Source: Lama glama
Taxonomy: Eukaryota
Length of the DNA stretch: 64,000 bases
Direction: 5' to 3'
NCBI GenBank assembly: GCA_028534125.1
Contig: CM052818.1
Coordinates: forward strand, 6,450,001-6,514,000
This document shows positions 25,050-36,792 of the stretch, piece after piece. The position numbers and the translations under genes were made by a program. Numbering within the stretch: position 1 is the stretch's first letter; every line of letters begins with the position of its first letter. The notes under the pieces are model-generated. The model was given only the letters and a program-made list of their open reading frames with translations. It did not search any database and was not told the origin of the DNA.

Positions 25050-25405
25050 CTGGGGCCTGTTGGCATCTGTCCACTGATCACACGGGGTTGGGGCCACCAT
25101 TAAAGACCTCAGTCAACTCTTTGAAGCTTCTTTTACACTCTAGAAATTGTCCAGGTGGAAGGAGGAGTGTGAGCTCCTCGTTTTTGCCCCTCAAACACAT
25201 TACATTAGGCTTCTGGAAAATCTTTAGGGTAGACTCCCTCAGGCTGGAGTCTGAGTCAAGTATTTTCATGATCACTTGCTGCCTCTTTGCCATTCAGTCC
25301 TGAAGACCCTTTTCAGTCGAACTTCCACCACCTCAAGATGAGCACCATCTTTCTTCAGGGCCGCAGCAGGGCTCAGACTCACATGCGATGACTCCAGAAG
25401 AAGGA
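25050..25405 (-). other. Candidate 356-nt exon A (5' leader or lncRNA) containing a 71-codon ORF
   Basis: Minus-strand acceptor accctctgctctcttgcag| before 25405 and consensus donor CAG|GTAAGT after 25050; unique, non-repeat sequence. Confidence 0.55.
25078..25293 (-). CDS. Putative 71-aa upstream ORF / microprotein (unverified)
   Basis: ATG-to-TGA ORF lying wholly inside candidate exon A; context tgaATGG; no recognised homology. Confidence 0.2.
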   Translation of the reverse strand: MAKRQQVIMKILDSDSSLRESTLKIFQKPNVMCLRGKNEELTLLLPPGQFLECKRSFKELTEVFNGGPNPV

Positions 25406-25544
25406 CTGCAAGAGAGCAGAGGGTGTCGCTGCTTGCTGACACCCCCATCCCATCCTCCCGGAGAAGAAGGCTCCTCTCACTTCCCAAACAAGCAATGGTG
25501 AGTTTAGAAGGTTTGAGAGGGTTAGAGACAGAATGGCCTAACAA

Positions 25545-25765
25545 CGGAGAGTTTGGATTTTGGAGTCGAAGGGACCTAAGTCTCTGTCCTGCCACTGAAT
25601 ACTTGTGTGCCCTTGGGCCATCAATTCCACCTCTGGGCCTCACAGTCTGTCTGTAAAATGAGGACAGGAATAATACCCACTTCACAAGGGTTCCTGTGAA
25701 GGTTAAGTAAGATCACGCATGTAAACTGCCCAGCACAGCGCCTGGCACGTTGTAAACACAAGACA
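25545..25765 (+). mobile_element. MIR SINE
   Basis: ctgccactgaatacttgtgtgcccttgggc...ctgtaaaatgagg...ataatacccacttcacaagggtt...gcatgtaaactgcccagcacagcgcctggcac. Confidence 0.85.
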
Positions 25766-26127
25766 GTGTGTAATAAGGTGACGATATCACTGGAGACGAG
25801 TTCAAAGTGGGTAGTTTGACAAGCCTCTCCATCTTCCCAACAGCAAGTGCACCAGAAGGATATGGATTAAGCAGTGTTTATTAAACATCTGAGCACAAGC
25901 CTCACAAGAAATACTTTCCTACTGCAACCCAGGACACATGAACGGGTATATGACTGAAACGAAGCAAGTTTTACCAAACAATAATCACCCTTACTCCGTA
26001 CAACACAGCATGCACTCTGAGGCTTTTGATTCTTTGTTAGTCTGTGTTGTTTCATTTATTTACCTTAGAAATTGTTCAAACCTACAGAAAAACTGAAGGA
26101 ATGAAACAAAACATTCTTCACCTAAAG

Positions 26128-26351
26128 AAGGGTTTCTCAACCTCGGCAGAACTGACATCTGGGGTCAGATAATTCTTTATTGGAGGTGGGAGCGTTCTGT
26201 GCCTTGTGGGATGTTTCAGCAGCATCTCTGGCATCCACCCTCTAGACGCCAAGAGCGTCCCCCACACACACCCAGTTGTAACAACCAAGAATATCTGCAG
26301 CCACTGCCAAACGTCCCTGGTGGGCAAAATCACTCCCACTGAGAACCAGCG
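26128..26351. mobile_element. MER20 MITE nested in an antisense L1MC-like fragment (~26050-26570)
   Basis: gggtttctcaacctcggcagaactgacatctggggtcagataattcttt...gggatgtttcagcagcatctctggcatccaccctctagacgcc...caaaatcactcccactgagaacc. Confidence 0.85.
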
Positions 26352-27929
26352 ACACAGACCTACCGACAGTTAACACTCTGCCGTGTGACTTTATCTTTCT
26401 CCAAATACACACTCATGCACAGACAGGCATATTTTTTGGCGGAACTCTCTGAAAGTAAATCGCAGGCATCACACCTTAATAGTTCAGCATGCATCTCCTA
26501 GGAGTAAAGACATGCTCTCACATGACCACAAGTCCACACTGCCTGCGAAAAATTAACATTCATTCCATTATATCTTCTCTTTTCTCCTTCTTCTATGTTG
26601 GTTGTAATCCACCAGGTTGATTTCGGGCTCCACTTATGGATCATGACACCCAGTTTGAAGATTAGAGAAGGAGGATTAGAGAATTAAACATATCTTCTGT
26701 TGAAGATCTTTAAGTACAGAAGTTCATCCTTGCCAGCGGGAGAGGCACACACGGAGTCACAGAGCCAAGTACGTATTTACAAGGGTTTTTACAACACACC
26801 ACTGCTTTTCCCTCTCTGGCTGCTGCCACCTCCCAGAGCACACCCGGTGGCAGCCCTGGGAGCAGAGACCCGGCCAGCACCCCCCGCAGGGGACCCAGGA
26901 GCTCTCCCGGCGCCAGCGGTGTGTGCCCTGGCCTGTCAGCGCAGGGCTGGCGGGGCCTGCCAAGCAGGACACACAGCAGCCTGACCACATCACAGGCCCG
27001 GGCTCCGGCTCAGGCTCCGGCAGGCCGCCCCCCACCCCTTCCCTGTTTGCTAAGCTCCTTTCCTTTACCTGCACTGGCTCCAGGAAAGTGGTTACAAGTT
27101 GGTCCAGAAACTGCCAACAGGCAAGGGCTGAGACACATGAAAGTGTGTGAGTCACTGGCTGTCTTTGATTCTCCTGACCTTATAAATCTGGTCTTTGAAT
27201 TCAGCATTGGGATCCAAAGGGCAGCGAAACTAGAAAATGAACACTACCAAATGGGGAGGGAGAACTCGCCACGAGAGCCCCCTGCGTAATTCCCCAGGGG
27301 GTCTGGAAAGACCGGTGAGGGGCAAGAGGAAGGAGGGCTCCTGACACAGGCCCTGGGCAGCACCTGCCATTATCCCGGAAGGAGGCCCCTCTGTGTCTGC
27401 TCTTGCTTTTATTTTCTTGAAGACCTGCAATGTATGGGGACCAGACTTCCTTGACTGTCAACAGTTTCTCCCTCTTGAAGATTAGAAGTAGAAGTGTTAG
27501 ATCAGCTCTGGTATTGGAGGAGAAAGAACTGACCACAGCCTGAAAAGTCAGGGAGAAACTTTTACAGGAACAAACTGTTAAGTCTAGAAGGCAGTTACTA
27601 CGGCAACAACTCATCACCCCTAAGAAGACCCCAGAATATGGGTTCTGCATCCCAAGCCAGGAGAGACGTGCTACTTGATGGGGAGCAAAATGCAGATGGG
27701 AAAGTTCAGTGATGGGGCCACAAAGAAATGAATCAGCCCAGAAACAGAGAAATGCCATGTCTGTGGCACCACCTACGCTGCTCCAGTGAATCAGTACAAA
27801 AGTAAAGAAGACATTTCCAAAGCAGGCGACAGAGCAAAGACAATGATCAGGAGCAGCTATGGGTGGGAGTGCCTGTAAGACTCACAGATGGAAAACTGCT
27901 TTCACCTACTATTCTGCCTGTAGTGCCTG

Positions 27930-28135
27930 CAAGGAGGTTATCACAATCCAAAATTATCTCATTTATTTAGTTACTTCTCTGTCTGTCTTCTCCATTGGGT
28001 TATAGGGATGTGAGAGCCTTGCCTATTTTGCTCAGCACCATATCCTGGCTTCTGAGAACGATGCCCAGAACATAACAACCAGTGCTCAAAAGATACCGGA
28101 ACGAGGAGGGAGTGAGCGAGCAAGCAGGTGAGTGA
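27930..28135 (+). mobile_element. L2 3' end fragment
   Basis: tatctcatttatttagttacttctctgtctgtcttctcc...ccttgcctattttgctcagcaccatatcc...atgcccagaacata. Confidence 0.55.
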
Positions 28136-29389
28136 ACACGGTCTCTCTCCAAAGACAGCAAGTCAAGTACAACTCACTCCACTTGACAGAGGGAGAAAGT
28201 AAAGCACAAAGAAGTCAAGTTCACCCAGCTCATCAGCCTGGGCCTTAAAATCAGAAATCCTGACTCCAGCTCTCACACTGCCTAAAACCCACGGAGACAT
28301 AAAAATCATCTTCATCACTTACTCCACCTCTCCTCCCTTCGGGTCCTACCAGGCAGGACTCTCAGGACAGCCCCACAGAGGATCTTCTCATCAGCTTGAG
28401 ACCAACATCAACAGGACACTTTCTCGAACTATGAGGACCTCTCTTTGCACCTCTGTCTTTGCTCGCCCACGCTGAGCCCGGGGCCTCCCTAAAGACAAGT
28501 CCGTTTTGTCTTCAGCGTCCCACCCAGCCCTACCCCACCCACAGAGACGGCCGCTAGCGCCCCGTGATACGGAAGAGGCCCACTCAGAAGCCAACATGCA
28601 GGTCAGTAACAGTCTTCTACATTCAGAATAGGGGGGCTGGTTGGTGACGGAGGAGATTCATTAGATAAGTACCAAATTTGAAGAGGCCCAGAGGGATAAA
28701 GTGACTCAAACAAGGTCACAAGCAAGTTGGCCAGGGTGAACTACCTGGATGTGCAGTTAAAGGAAAGGAAAAAAAAAAAACCCAAAACCAACCAACCAAA
28801 CCAAAAAACAGGAAAGAAGGAAGAAAGGGAGGGACTAAGGGAGGGAGGGATCCCAGAGAGAAGGAAAAAATATTCCGTGGTGTTTCAGTATTTCAGATTA
28901 GTATGTAAGAGAAGAAGAACTTAGGGACCTTTAGGGACATGAGGACCTTCCCAGAGCCTCTCTCACCACTGGCCCAAGTGATCATTCCCCTACCTTCCCC
29001 TGTCCAGCCGTTACTTCTTGTCAATTAATCCCACTCCATCTCTCCTAAAAGCACTGAGGACTGTGCGGATTTAGCATCACAGAACCCAGCTCTCAGATGT
29101 CACAAGGATATTATACCAGAACAACCTAAAAAGAGGACTAAATTCTGCTCCTTCTTGGAAGTCCCTCCATTTTGGCAGACGCACACACAGGCACACCGCA
29201 CACTTTGTTCCCCCAGCCCCACTCCTGCCGCCACCACCAGCAATTTCCACAGCCCAGCCAACGGGGCTCCCTGAGGATTTAGTACAACCTGAGCTGAGGA
29301 GCTGAACCCTGTGCTGCTCTGGGGCAGCCCCAGCAGACAGAGAGGAGAAGAGGGCATGTTCTGTTGCTGTCTTCTGTCCCAGGACCCAG

Positions 29390-29540
29390 CTAGTGCTCTA
29401 CAGACAGCATGTAATCTTCCCAACCATCCTGCAGAACGCCCTTTTCACAGATGAGGAAGTTAAGTCTCAGAAAGACAAAGTACTTTACTGAGAAGGCAGC
29501 AAAAAGTCTGACTCTGAAACTACTGCTCTTTCCACTAAGC
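29390..29540 (-). mobile_element. MIR SINE fragment
   Basis: cccttttcacagatgaggaagttaagtctcagaaag...tgctctttccacta. Confidence 0.65.
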
Positions 29541-30151
29541 TAAACTCTCAACTCATCATTCTCATTTATTTCAAGCTGAAAATACATAGCTTTCTAGTCT
29601 CCAAAATAAAACTGACTATATTTACTGTAGACTAGAAAATTAAAACTTAAAAAAAATTACAAGTAATATTAAAATTGCACATTAGGGTAAAAAGCTAAGG
29701 GCAAATGATAAAATTTTTACCTCCATGTAAAGGAGACCCAGAGAGACAAAAGACTGAGTACTTCAGCATACTCTCAGAAAGAGCCGGAAAGCTGGTTATT
29801 CTTTACCAAATCTGGCAGCGCCCCTGGCCCTCGGCAGAGAAAGAGCAGGCCAGTGTAGAATTAGCTCCTCCAAAGTTTATAACCACAGCCTCCCCACATG
29901 GGTTGTGACTCTCTCAAGACAAAGCGAAAGAAATATGTGCTTTGCAAAGACCGACCTTACCCATTACAAATTAGAGAGGATTCAGGATTTTCCTCTGTGT
30001 GGAAAGCATCCTTACCTTCTAATATGCTGTTCTGAGTGGAAGGCCACTGGAAAGCGCTAGCGGGCTAGCGTTGGCTACAACTCAGGGAACACGCATGGAG
30101 TGGACTCAGCCATCAAATGCTTCACTCATGAGAAGTAAAAAGTTACTGGCC

Positions 30152-30213
30152 ATCACTTGGCCATACACCTGATACTAGCACAATATTGTAAATCAACTAC
30201 AGTTCAATTAGAA
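30152..30213 (+). mobile_element. 62-nt 5'-truncated L1 3' terminus with 15-bp TSD
   Basis: atcacttggccatacacctgatactagcacaatattgtaaatcaactacagttcaatta flanked by aaaaagttactggcc (30137-30151) and aaaaagttactgtcc (30214-30228). Confidence 0.8.
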
Positions 30214-31164
30214 AAAAAGTTACTGTCCTTTGGTCCAAGTGATTTCTAATAAATAAGGGCTGGGCCACAAAGTGGATTCTTAATCTAATAAAGGGACTCA
30301 TTGAGGGGTCAGCAGGGCTGAAAGATGGTCTCATTCTACTGAAATGCACCCAAGCCTGAGGCAGACACCAAATGCAAGCACATATAGTTACTCCACATGG
30401 GCCCAGGTCACCGTGTCAGCAAGATCTGCATTATCCACTCTCTGTGCCAGCTATGTGGGAAGCCAAATCCTAACCCGCAGCTACTTTTTTTTATTTGCCA
30501 TGAGCTACCCACATCACAAAGACCAGAAACGCTCCAAATCTCTATGATCAGCAGTTTCATTTCCAGATGTGAAGCCAAATCGCAGGAGAAGATGACATGG
30601 TGAACAGGCATCAGAGCAAAGGTGATGTGATGAATCAAAAGTTTCATGGCTCAGCCCGAGAAAAGTCCGATGTGGTCTGCTCACTCAACACTGTCTTGCC
30701 ATGGGGACTGGCAGTCCCTTTCCCTTCCATTCCTGCAGTGCTGTGAAGACGAGAAGTAATCAAAGAGAGCTTAGTGACATTCTTCTCCCCTGTACAAAGC
30801 AAGGATGACACCACTGGCCTTTCTCTTCCATGGCCGATCAATCCTGCTGTGAGGACCACTCTTCCTTCAGATGCATCAGTTCATCTGATCAGGCTACAGT
30901 CAAGTCCTGTTGGCCTGGGAGCCCTCTTGTCTCTTTCTAGTAGCATGTTTATCCTACTCTCATTCAACATCTGTAGCTCCCACAGGGACAGACTAACTTC
31001 CTAAGTTCAGGGTTCGGTTTAGCCCTCTAAGAACTGATTTTCACAAAGCATAAGAATCTGAAGCACCTTTTGAAATACATGTCTAGGGATTGATCTGTCC
31101 AAATAATCAAAGCAAAATTTCTGCAGTTTACCACCTTGGCTAGGAAGTGTCTTTAATGAAACTC

Positions 31165-31625
31165 TTCAGTGCTACATTAAGTTTGGCTGCTTCAAAAGAA
31201 GTCAAAAACAATCACAGTGTAAACAAGATAGAATGTCATTTCCCTTTTACATAGCAGTCTGAATATAAACAATCTAGGGCTAGCATCTGTGGCGGTCAGG
31301 TTTGGGACCCCGGCTCTTTCTGTTTGGTCACTCTGCCATCCAGGGGCGTAGTTTCTATCTTCAAGTCTAGGATGTTTCATGGCAATGTCCATACTTCTGT
31401 CACTCGTGGCAGGACAGAGGATGGGGGAAGTTCAAGGTAAGCTCCCTCCCCTGAAGAAACACATGACTTCTGCTCATCCCATGGCGAGAACTGAGTCTGC
31501 ATCCCAGCCTCAGGGCAGACTGTCCTTGCAGTAGTCTTTAGCAGAGCAGCATTATGCTCAGCTGAGAATTCTATTTCTATGTAAAAATGGGAGGATAGAC
31601 ATTGTGTCTGCCCAGCTACCACCAT
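31165..31625 (-). mobile_element. Old MLT1 (MLT1I/J-like) LTR
   Basis: ttaagtttggctgcttcaaaag...cagtgtaaacaagatagaa...tctagggctagcat...ccggctctttctgtttggtcactctgccatcc. Confidence 0.55.
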
Positions 31626-31859
31626 TCGTCCTCTCCCCATTTCCACTGCATTCCTTTTGAAGTCAGGCAGTTCCACAGCTCTTTAATGAGAACAATTATA
31701 GCCTAGTGCTTAAAATTAAGTTAGAAATACGCCAACTTATTGAGTCTAGATGCCACATGAATTCAAACATCATATTAACAAATCAAAATGAAACATTTGC
31801 ACGATACCATTTTAAAGTTCAAGACTAGCAGTATTCCTCAGTTAATAAATAGGTGTGGG

Positions 31860-33322
31860 AGCATGGTATTGGTACAAAAACAGACATATAGACCAATGGA
31901 ACAGAATAGAGAGGCCAGAAATGAACACACAAACTTTTGGTCAACTAATCTTCGACAAAGGAGGCAAGAATATACAATGGAATAAAGACAGTGCCTTCAG
32001 CAAATGGTGTTGGGAAAACTGGACAGCAGCATGTAAAACAATGAAGCTAGAACACTCCCTTACACCATACACAAAAATCAACTCAAAATGGATCAAAGAC
32101 TTAAACACAGATACGATAAACAAGATACAATAAACCTTCTAGAAGAAAATATAGGCAAAACATTATCTGACGTACATCTCAAAAATTTTCTCCTAGAAGA
32201 AATAAAAGCGAGAATAAACAAATGGGACTTAATGAAACTTACAAGCCTCTGCACAGCAAAGGAAACCATAAGTAAAACAAAAAGACAACCTATGGAATGG
32301 GAAAAAATTTTTGCAAATGAAATCGACAAAGGCTTGATCTCCAGAATATATAAGCAGCTTATACGACTCAATAAGAAAAAAATAAACAACCCAATCCAAA
32401 AACTGGCAGAAGACTTAAACAAGCAATTCTCCAAGGCAGACATACAAATAATCAATAGACACATGAAAAAATGCTCAATATCATTAATTATCAGAGAAAT
32501 GCAAATCAAAACTACAATGAGGTATCACCTCACACCAGTCAGAATGGCCATCATTCAAAAATCCACAAATGACAAATGCTGGAGAGGCTGTGGAGAAAAG
32601 GGAAGCCTCCTTCACTGCTGGTGGGAATGCAGTTTGGTGCAGNNNNNNNNNNNNNNNNNNNNNNNNNNNNNNNNNNNNNNNNNNNNNNNNNNNNNNNNNN
32701 NNNNNNNNNNNNNNNNNNNNNNNNNNNNNNNNNNNNNNNNNNNNNNNNNNNNNNNNNNNNNNNNNNNNNNNNNNNNNNNNNNNNNNNNNNNNNNNNNNNN
32801 NNNNNNNNNNNNNNNNNNNNNNNNNNNNNNNNNNNNNNNNNNNNNNNNNNNNNNNNNNNNNNNNNNNNNNNNNNNNNNNNNNNNNNNNNNNNNNNNNNNN
32901 NNNNNNNNNNNNNNNNNNNNNNNNNNNNNNNNNNNNNNNNNNNNNNNNNNNNNNNNNNNNNNNNNNNNNNNNNNNNNNNNNNNNNNNNNNNNNNNNNNNN
33001 NNNNNNNNNNNNNNNNNNNNNNNNNNNNNNNNNNNNNNNNNNNNNNNNNNNNNNNNNNNNNNNNNNNNNNNNNNNNNNNNNNNNNNNNNNNNNNNNNNNN
33101 NNNNNNNNNNNNNNNNNNNNNNNNNNNNNNNNNNNNNNNNNNTTATACTGTATAGCACAGGGAAATATATACAAGATCCTATGGTAGCTCACAGAGAAAA
33201 ACATGTGACAATGAATATATGTATGTTCATGCATAACTGAAAAATTGTGCTCTACACTGGAATTTGACACAACATTGTGAAATGATTATAAATCAATAAA
33301 AAATGTTAAAAAAATAAAAAAC
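31860..33322 (+). mobile_element. Young 5'-truncated camelid-type L1 (ORF2 C-terminal part, 3' UTR, poly-A), split by a 500-N gap
   Basis: ORF2 peptides [17 protein letters not shown]...FSKWCWENW and the CCHC knuckle [18 protein letters not shown]; frameshift near 32105-32135; 3' UTR ends aatcaataaaaaatgttaaaaaaataaaaa; degenerate TSD 31847-31863 / 33323-33340. Confidence 0.95.
32643..33142. other. Assembly gap, exactly 500 N, inside the L1
   Basis: Counted N run. Confidence 0.97.
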
Positions 33323-35329
33323 AAATGGGTGTGGGGAGCAAATTTGCTTGAGAAATGATTTTTATGTGGGAGAAAAGTGGCAAATCGGATTGAAAAAGGA
33401 GTTTCAGGCTCCCCTGGGGATGGCCAACAGGGCACGCTAAGGAGAAGATGCTTTTTCTCTCTTTTTTGCCGGTTTTTAATTTTCCTTTACATGTTCAGGT
33501 TTATAGAACTTAATTCTGTTTATCTATAAATAACTAGGGATAGTTACTTCAGATAGTCGTAAGGGTCGGTTCTATGCTCAGTTGTTGTGGACCAAAGCCT
33601 ATATCCTGATTGCCCATTCTGATTGCCAACAAGGCAACTCCATTCTTCCCCCTATTCTCCCCCTAGTACCAGTGAAATCTCCTGTCCTGTTTTTAGCTGA
33701 AAGAGAAATCTCTGAGCTCTTGAAAAATAAAAGAAATGAAAATGAGCTATAATTATGTACGGTTGCACCCATAACCATAGGGTTGGTTGGCATCAATGTT
33801 GCAATATTTTATTGGTCAGCTTCTGATCCACTCCATGAAACAATTTTTTTTTAATTTCAAACATTCCTCCCCACCTCCATTGACTACATAATCACTCTAA
33901 CCATTGTTCCCAATGGACAAGACGATTTGGAACAGACAAGCGTCCAGACAGAAGAGAGGGGTTTAATTAACATATCATTGACTTTTGTTGAAGGCTGCTT
34001 TAATAGTAGCTCCAGCTCCTTGTTCTTGCCTAGAACACCTCACTTAATAATTAGCTCAACTCTTTCTGTGGCTTAATATGTGAACAGGCCACCTTTTGAA
34101 GTACACAAAATAGGGGTAGTGAAGTGTCTATGCAGTTTGATGAAATTCAATTCCCCAATTTTATTCCCTGGACCCAACTGGATTCCAGTAGCCTGAGACA
34201 TTCTTCAAACAAAAAAAAACACTTGTCCCTCTCTAATGTAAAACCCATCCAATAAAAATGTTTAACCAAAGTACAGAGAACACTAGCTCTAAAAGAAAGA
34301 GAGAGAAAGAAAGAAAGGGAGAAAGAGGGAAATAAAGAAGGAAAAAGGAAGGAAGAAGACAAATGAGGTTCCCCATAAAAACCCAGACTGAAAGCTCTCC
34401 ATGCAAGTCCAGAGGTTACCCTGCCTCCCATAGTAGCTTCTGAAAATACGCTCCTCTCTTGGAAGTGGAAACTGCAGCCTTTTCTTTCAAAAAATACTCC
34501 TCCATGAAATAACACATGTGCCTGCAGTTGGTCAACAAAAAAGATCATTTCTGGGTTGGTCAGCCCATGTTTGAAGAAGCTGCAGACTGGAAAGACCCTG
34601 GAGGCCTGAGGGGGGACTTCTGCCTCCAAGGAAAGACAGAATTCGAGCCAGCGATTCTTGGCCCCGTTTTAATAGCACATAGAAGCCTCAGAGCATTGGG
34701 AGGAAAAGAAAACAAACAGCTGAAAAATCAACATTTTCTTTCTCCCTCCTTAGATTTTTTTAAGCTAAAAAAGAAAAAAAAATTCTCCAATGTTTGACAA
34801 GATCTTTAGACCTCTAAACACACCAACTAATAATTTTATAAGTAAATCAACTTGCTTGTCACAGAGTAACACATTTCTTAAACTAATAATGACATTTTGG
34901 AGCTGTCAAGATAAATTTTTTTATGTTGCACACATTCAGATTTTCCCAAATTTTACACATCTGGCAATGCCTCACATTGTTTCTAGAGTTATGTAATATC
35001 CATTCAGTAAAAATGCATTATTGAGTTTCTCCCAAGTGCCAGGCACCATGCTACGGCCTGAGGCCGAAAAAGGGATCAAATAAAGACACAGCCTCTGCCC
35101 TCATACAGCTTACAAGTCAGAGGAGGGGGCTTTAAGCAATAATTATATTACATAAGCAATAAATATACATTGATCTTGACCCCCAATCACGTCACTGCCA
35201 TGTGATGCTTTCATCGTGGAAGTGGCGCCTCACACAGGCGTGCGGACAGAGAACGGGGCAATTGGTGTCCTCCAGCAGAAGCTGCCAATGCCACACTGTG
35301 TCCCCTCTCCTTTCATTTCAAGGCAGCTA

Positions 35330-35685
35330 CCCAAACTCCAGCCGCCAGCAAAGCTGCACCTCTTTGCTTAAGGGCTTCCCCCGCCTGCCCCTGCTCCACC
35401 AGCTCCTTCTCACCCACCACCAACCAGCTAGTGACAGGAGCTGGTGTAGAAATGCCCTAGCTCCCTCACCTCTTACATAGCATATTCAGGAGGTATGTTT
35501 TCTACACCGGCCTCCAAAGTTCCTGAATGCAATTTAGCTCCATTTACACAGTCTGCTGACTTGCTTGACAAAGTGCCCTCTCTTAGCCGCCTTCCCTTCC
35601 CATTTCACTTCGTCACTTTCCTAGAGTTGTTTCCTACATGATTTACTTGCATTCAAATCTTCCCTTCAGGATCTGCCTCGAACGC
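35330..35685 (+). mobile_element. LTR16-family ERVL LTR fragment
   Basis: gtgacaggagctggtgtagaaatgccctagctccctcacctc...ccttcccttcccatttcacttc...tacttgcattcaaatcttcccttcaggatctgc. Confidence 0.6.
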
Positions 35686-36792
35686 ATTTTATAGAGGTCG
35701 CCCAATGTGTGCTCCTTCATGAAATCAATCATCATTTAGCAGCACCTTCTGTGCCCTGATTGTTTCCTTTTCCTTATCAAATTTATTAATTCTCTGTCTC
35801 TTTAAAGGAAGAAAGATGGGAGTGTCTCCTATGCAGCGTGAGTTAAGTTCTCAAGGACACTAAACTACATGGCCTGGTTTCTCTGAGCCACCATGTCATA
35901 AAATTTGCCGTCACGGCCAAATAAAATCTCTTCTCTTTCCATTTACACCTATTTTCTGTTATTCTGCCCCTGATGACAGAGGCAAAATGCTCCATATAAG
36001 GGGGAGAAGGATGGGAAAGGGGTGAAACAGGCCTTTGGCATACCCTCTCCACAATAGAAAAGGACAAATAAGTTCAAAAATACCATTTTAGAATGATACA
36101 GGAACACACACGTTTTATCAAGACCATGTGGAAATGGTGTTCCTCGTTCCTCTTTGGAATCCACAGGGTCTAACCACACTTCTGTTTGCCTCTATCAAGG
36201 GGCATCTACCAAGAAGTCATCAAAACTCTTGGTTGTTTAATTTAGGATGTTTAATTTAGCAAGGGTCAGAAACAATTTAAGTCAAGGACGAGGACTCAGG
36301 AAAGGATGCAGGGTCACCTGACAGAACAGCCAACCTGCAGAACAGAGGTAGAGCTGGGCCCTGGGAAGAATGGAAACCAGCACCTTGGCCCCCCTGCAAT
36401 GGATTCTGCCCCTTTACCTGGTCTCCGTAAACTGACTTTATGCTTCTCTCTCATGAAAGACTGGTTTTCTCCAAGTCAAGGTTCTCAGTTTTAGGCAATG
36501 AAATCTCTGTGGCTCAAGGAGAAAGGGACTTTTGAAAGGACACTGGTTGTCCTCGGGCTGGCACGCGGCCAGAACACACCTGCAGTCTTACCTGCTGCTC
36601 ACAGCCACTTCCTTTCTGACTGGTCGCAGCATCCGCTCAGGTGAGTCAGTGCCCGGCTGTACCACTTGTTAGGTATTTTGAGAAAACCACTCCGGCTGAT
36701 CTCACAAAATTATTGTGAGAGTGGAGACACAGGCTTTAGGCTGAGCCTCCTAGAGCATCTCCCAGAATCCAACTAAAGAAATGACCTGATAC

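Noticed and set aside
25383..25405. Internal donor CAT|GTGAGT within exon A
   Set aside because: Would give a 23-nt exon; weaker than the CAG|GTAAGT donor at 25050 and cannot be evaluated without RNA data
30016..30050. Minus-strand donor AAG|GTAAGG at 30016
   Set aside because: Only a weak acceptor about 32 nt upstream; insufficient to call an exon
31855..32642. ORFs with clear protein homology (and those at 41890-42884)
   Set aside because: 5'-truncated, frameshifted L1 ORF2 remnants, not cellular genes or intact retrotransposons
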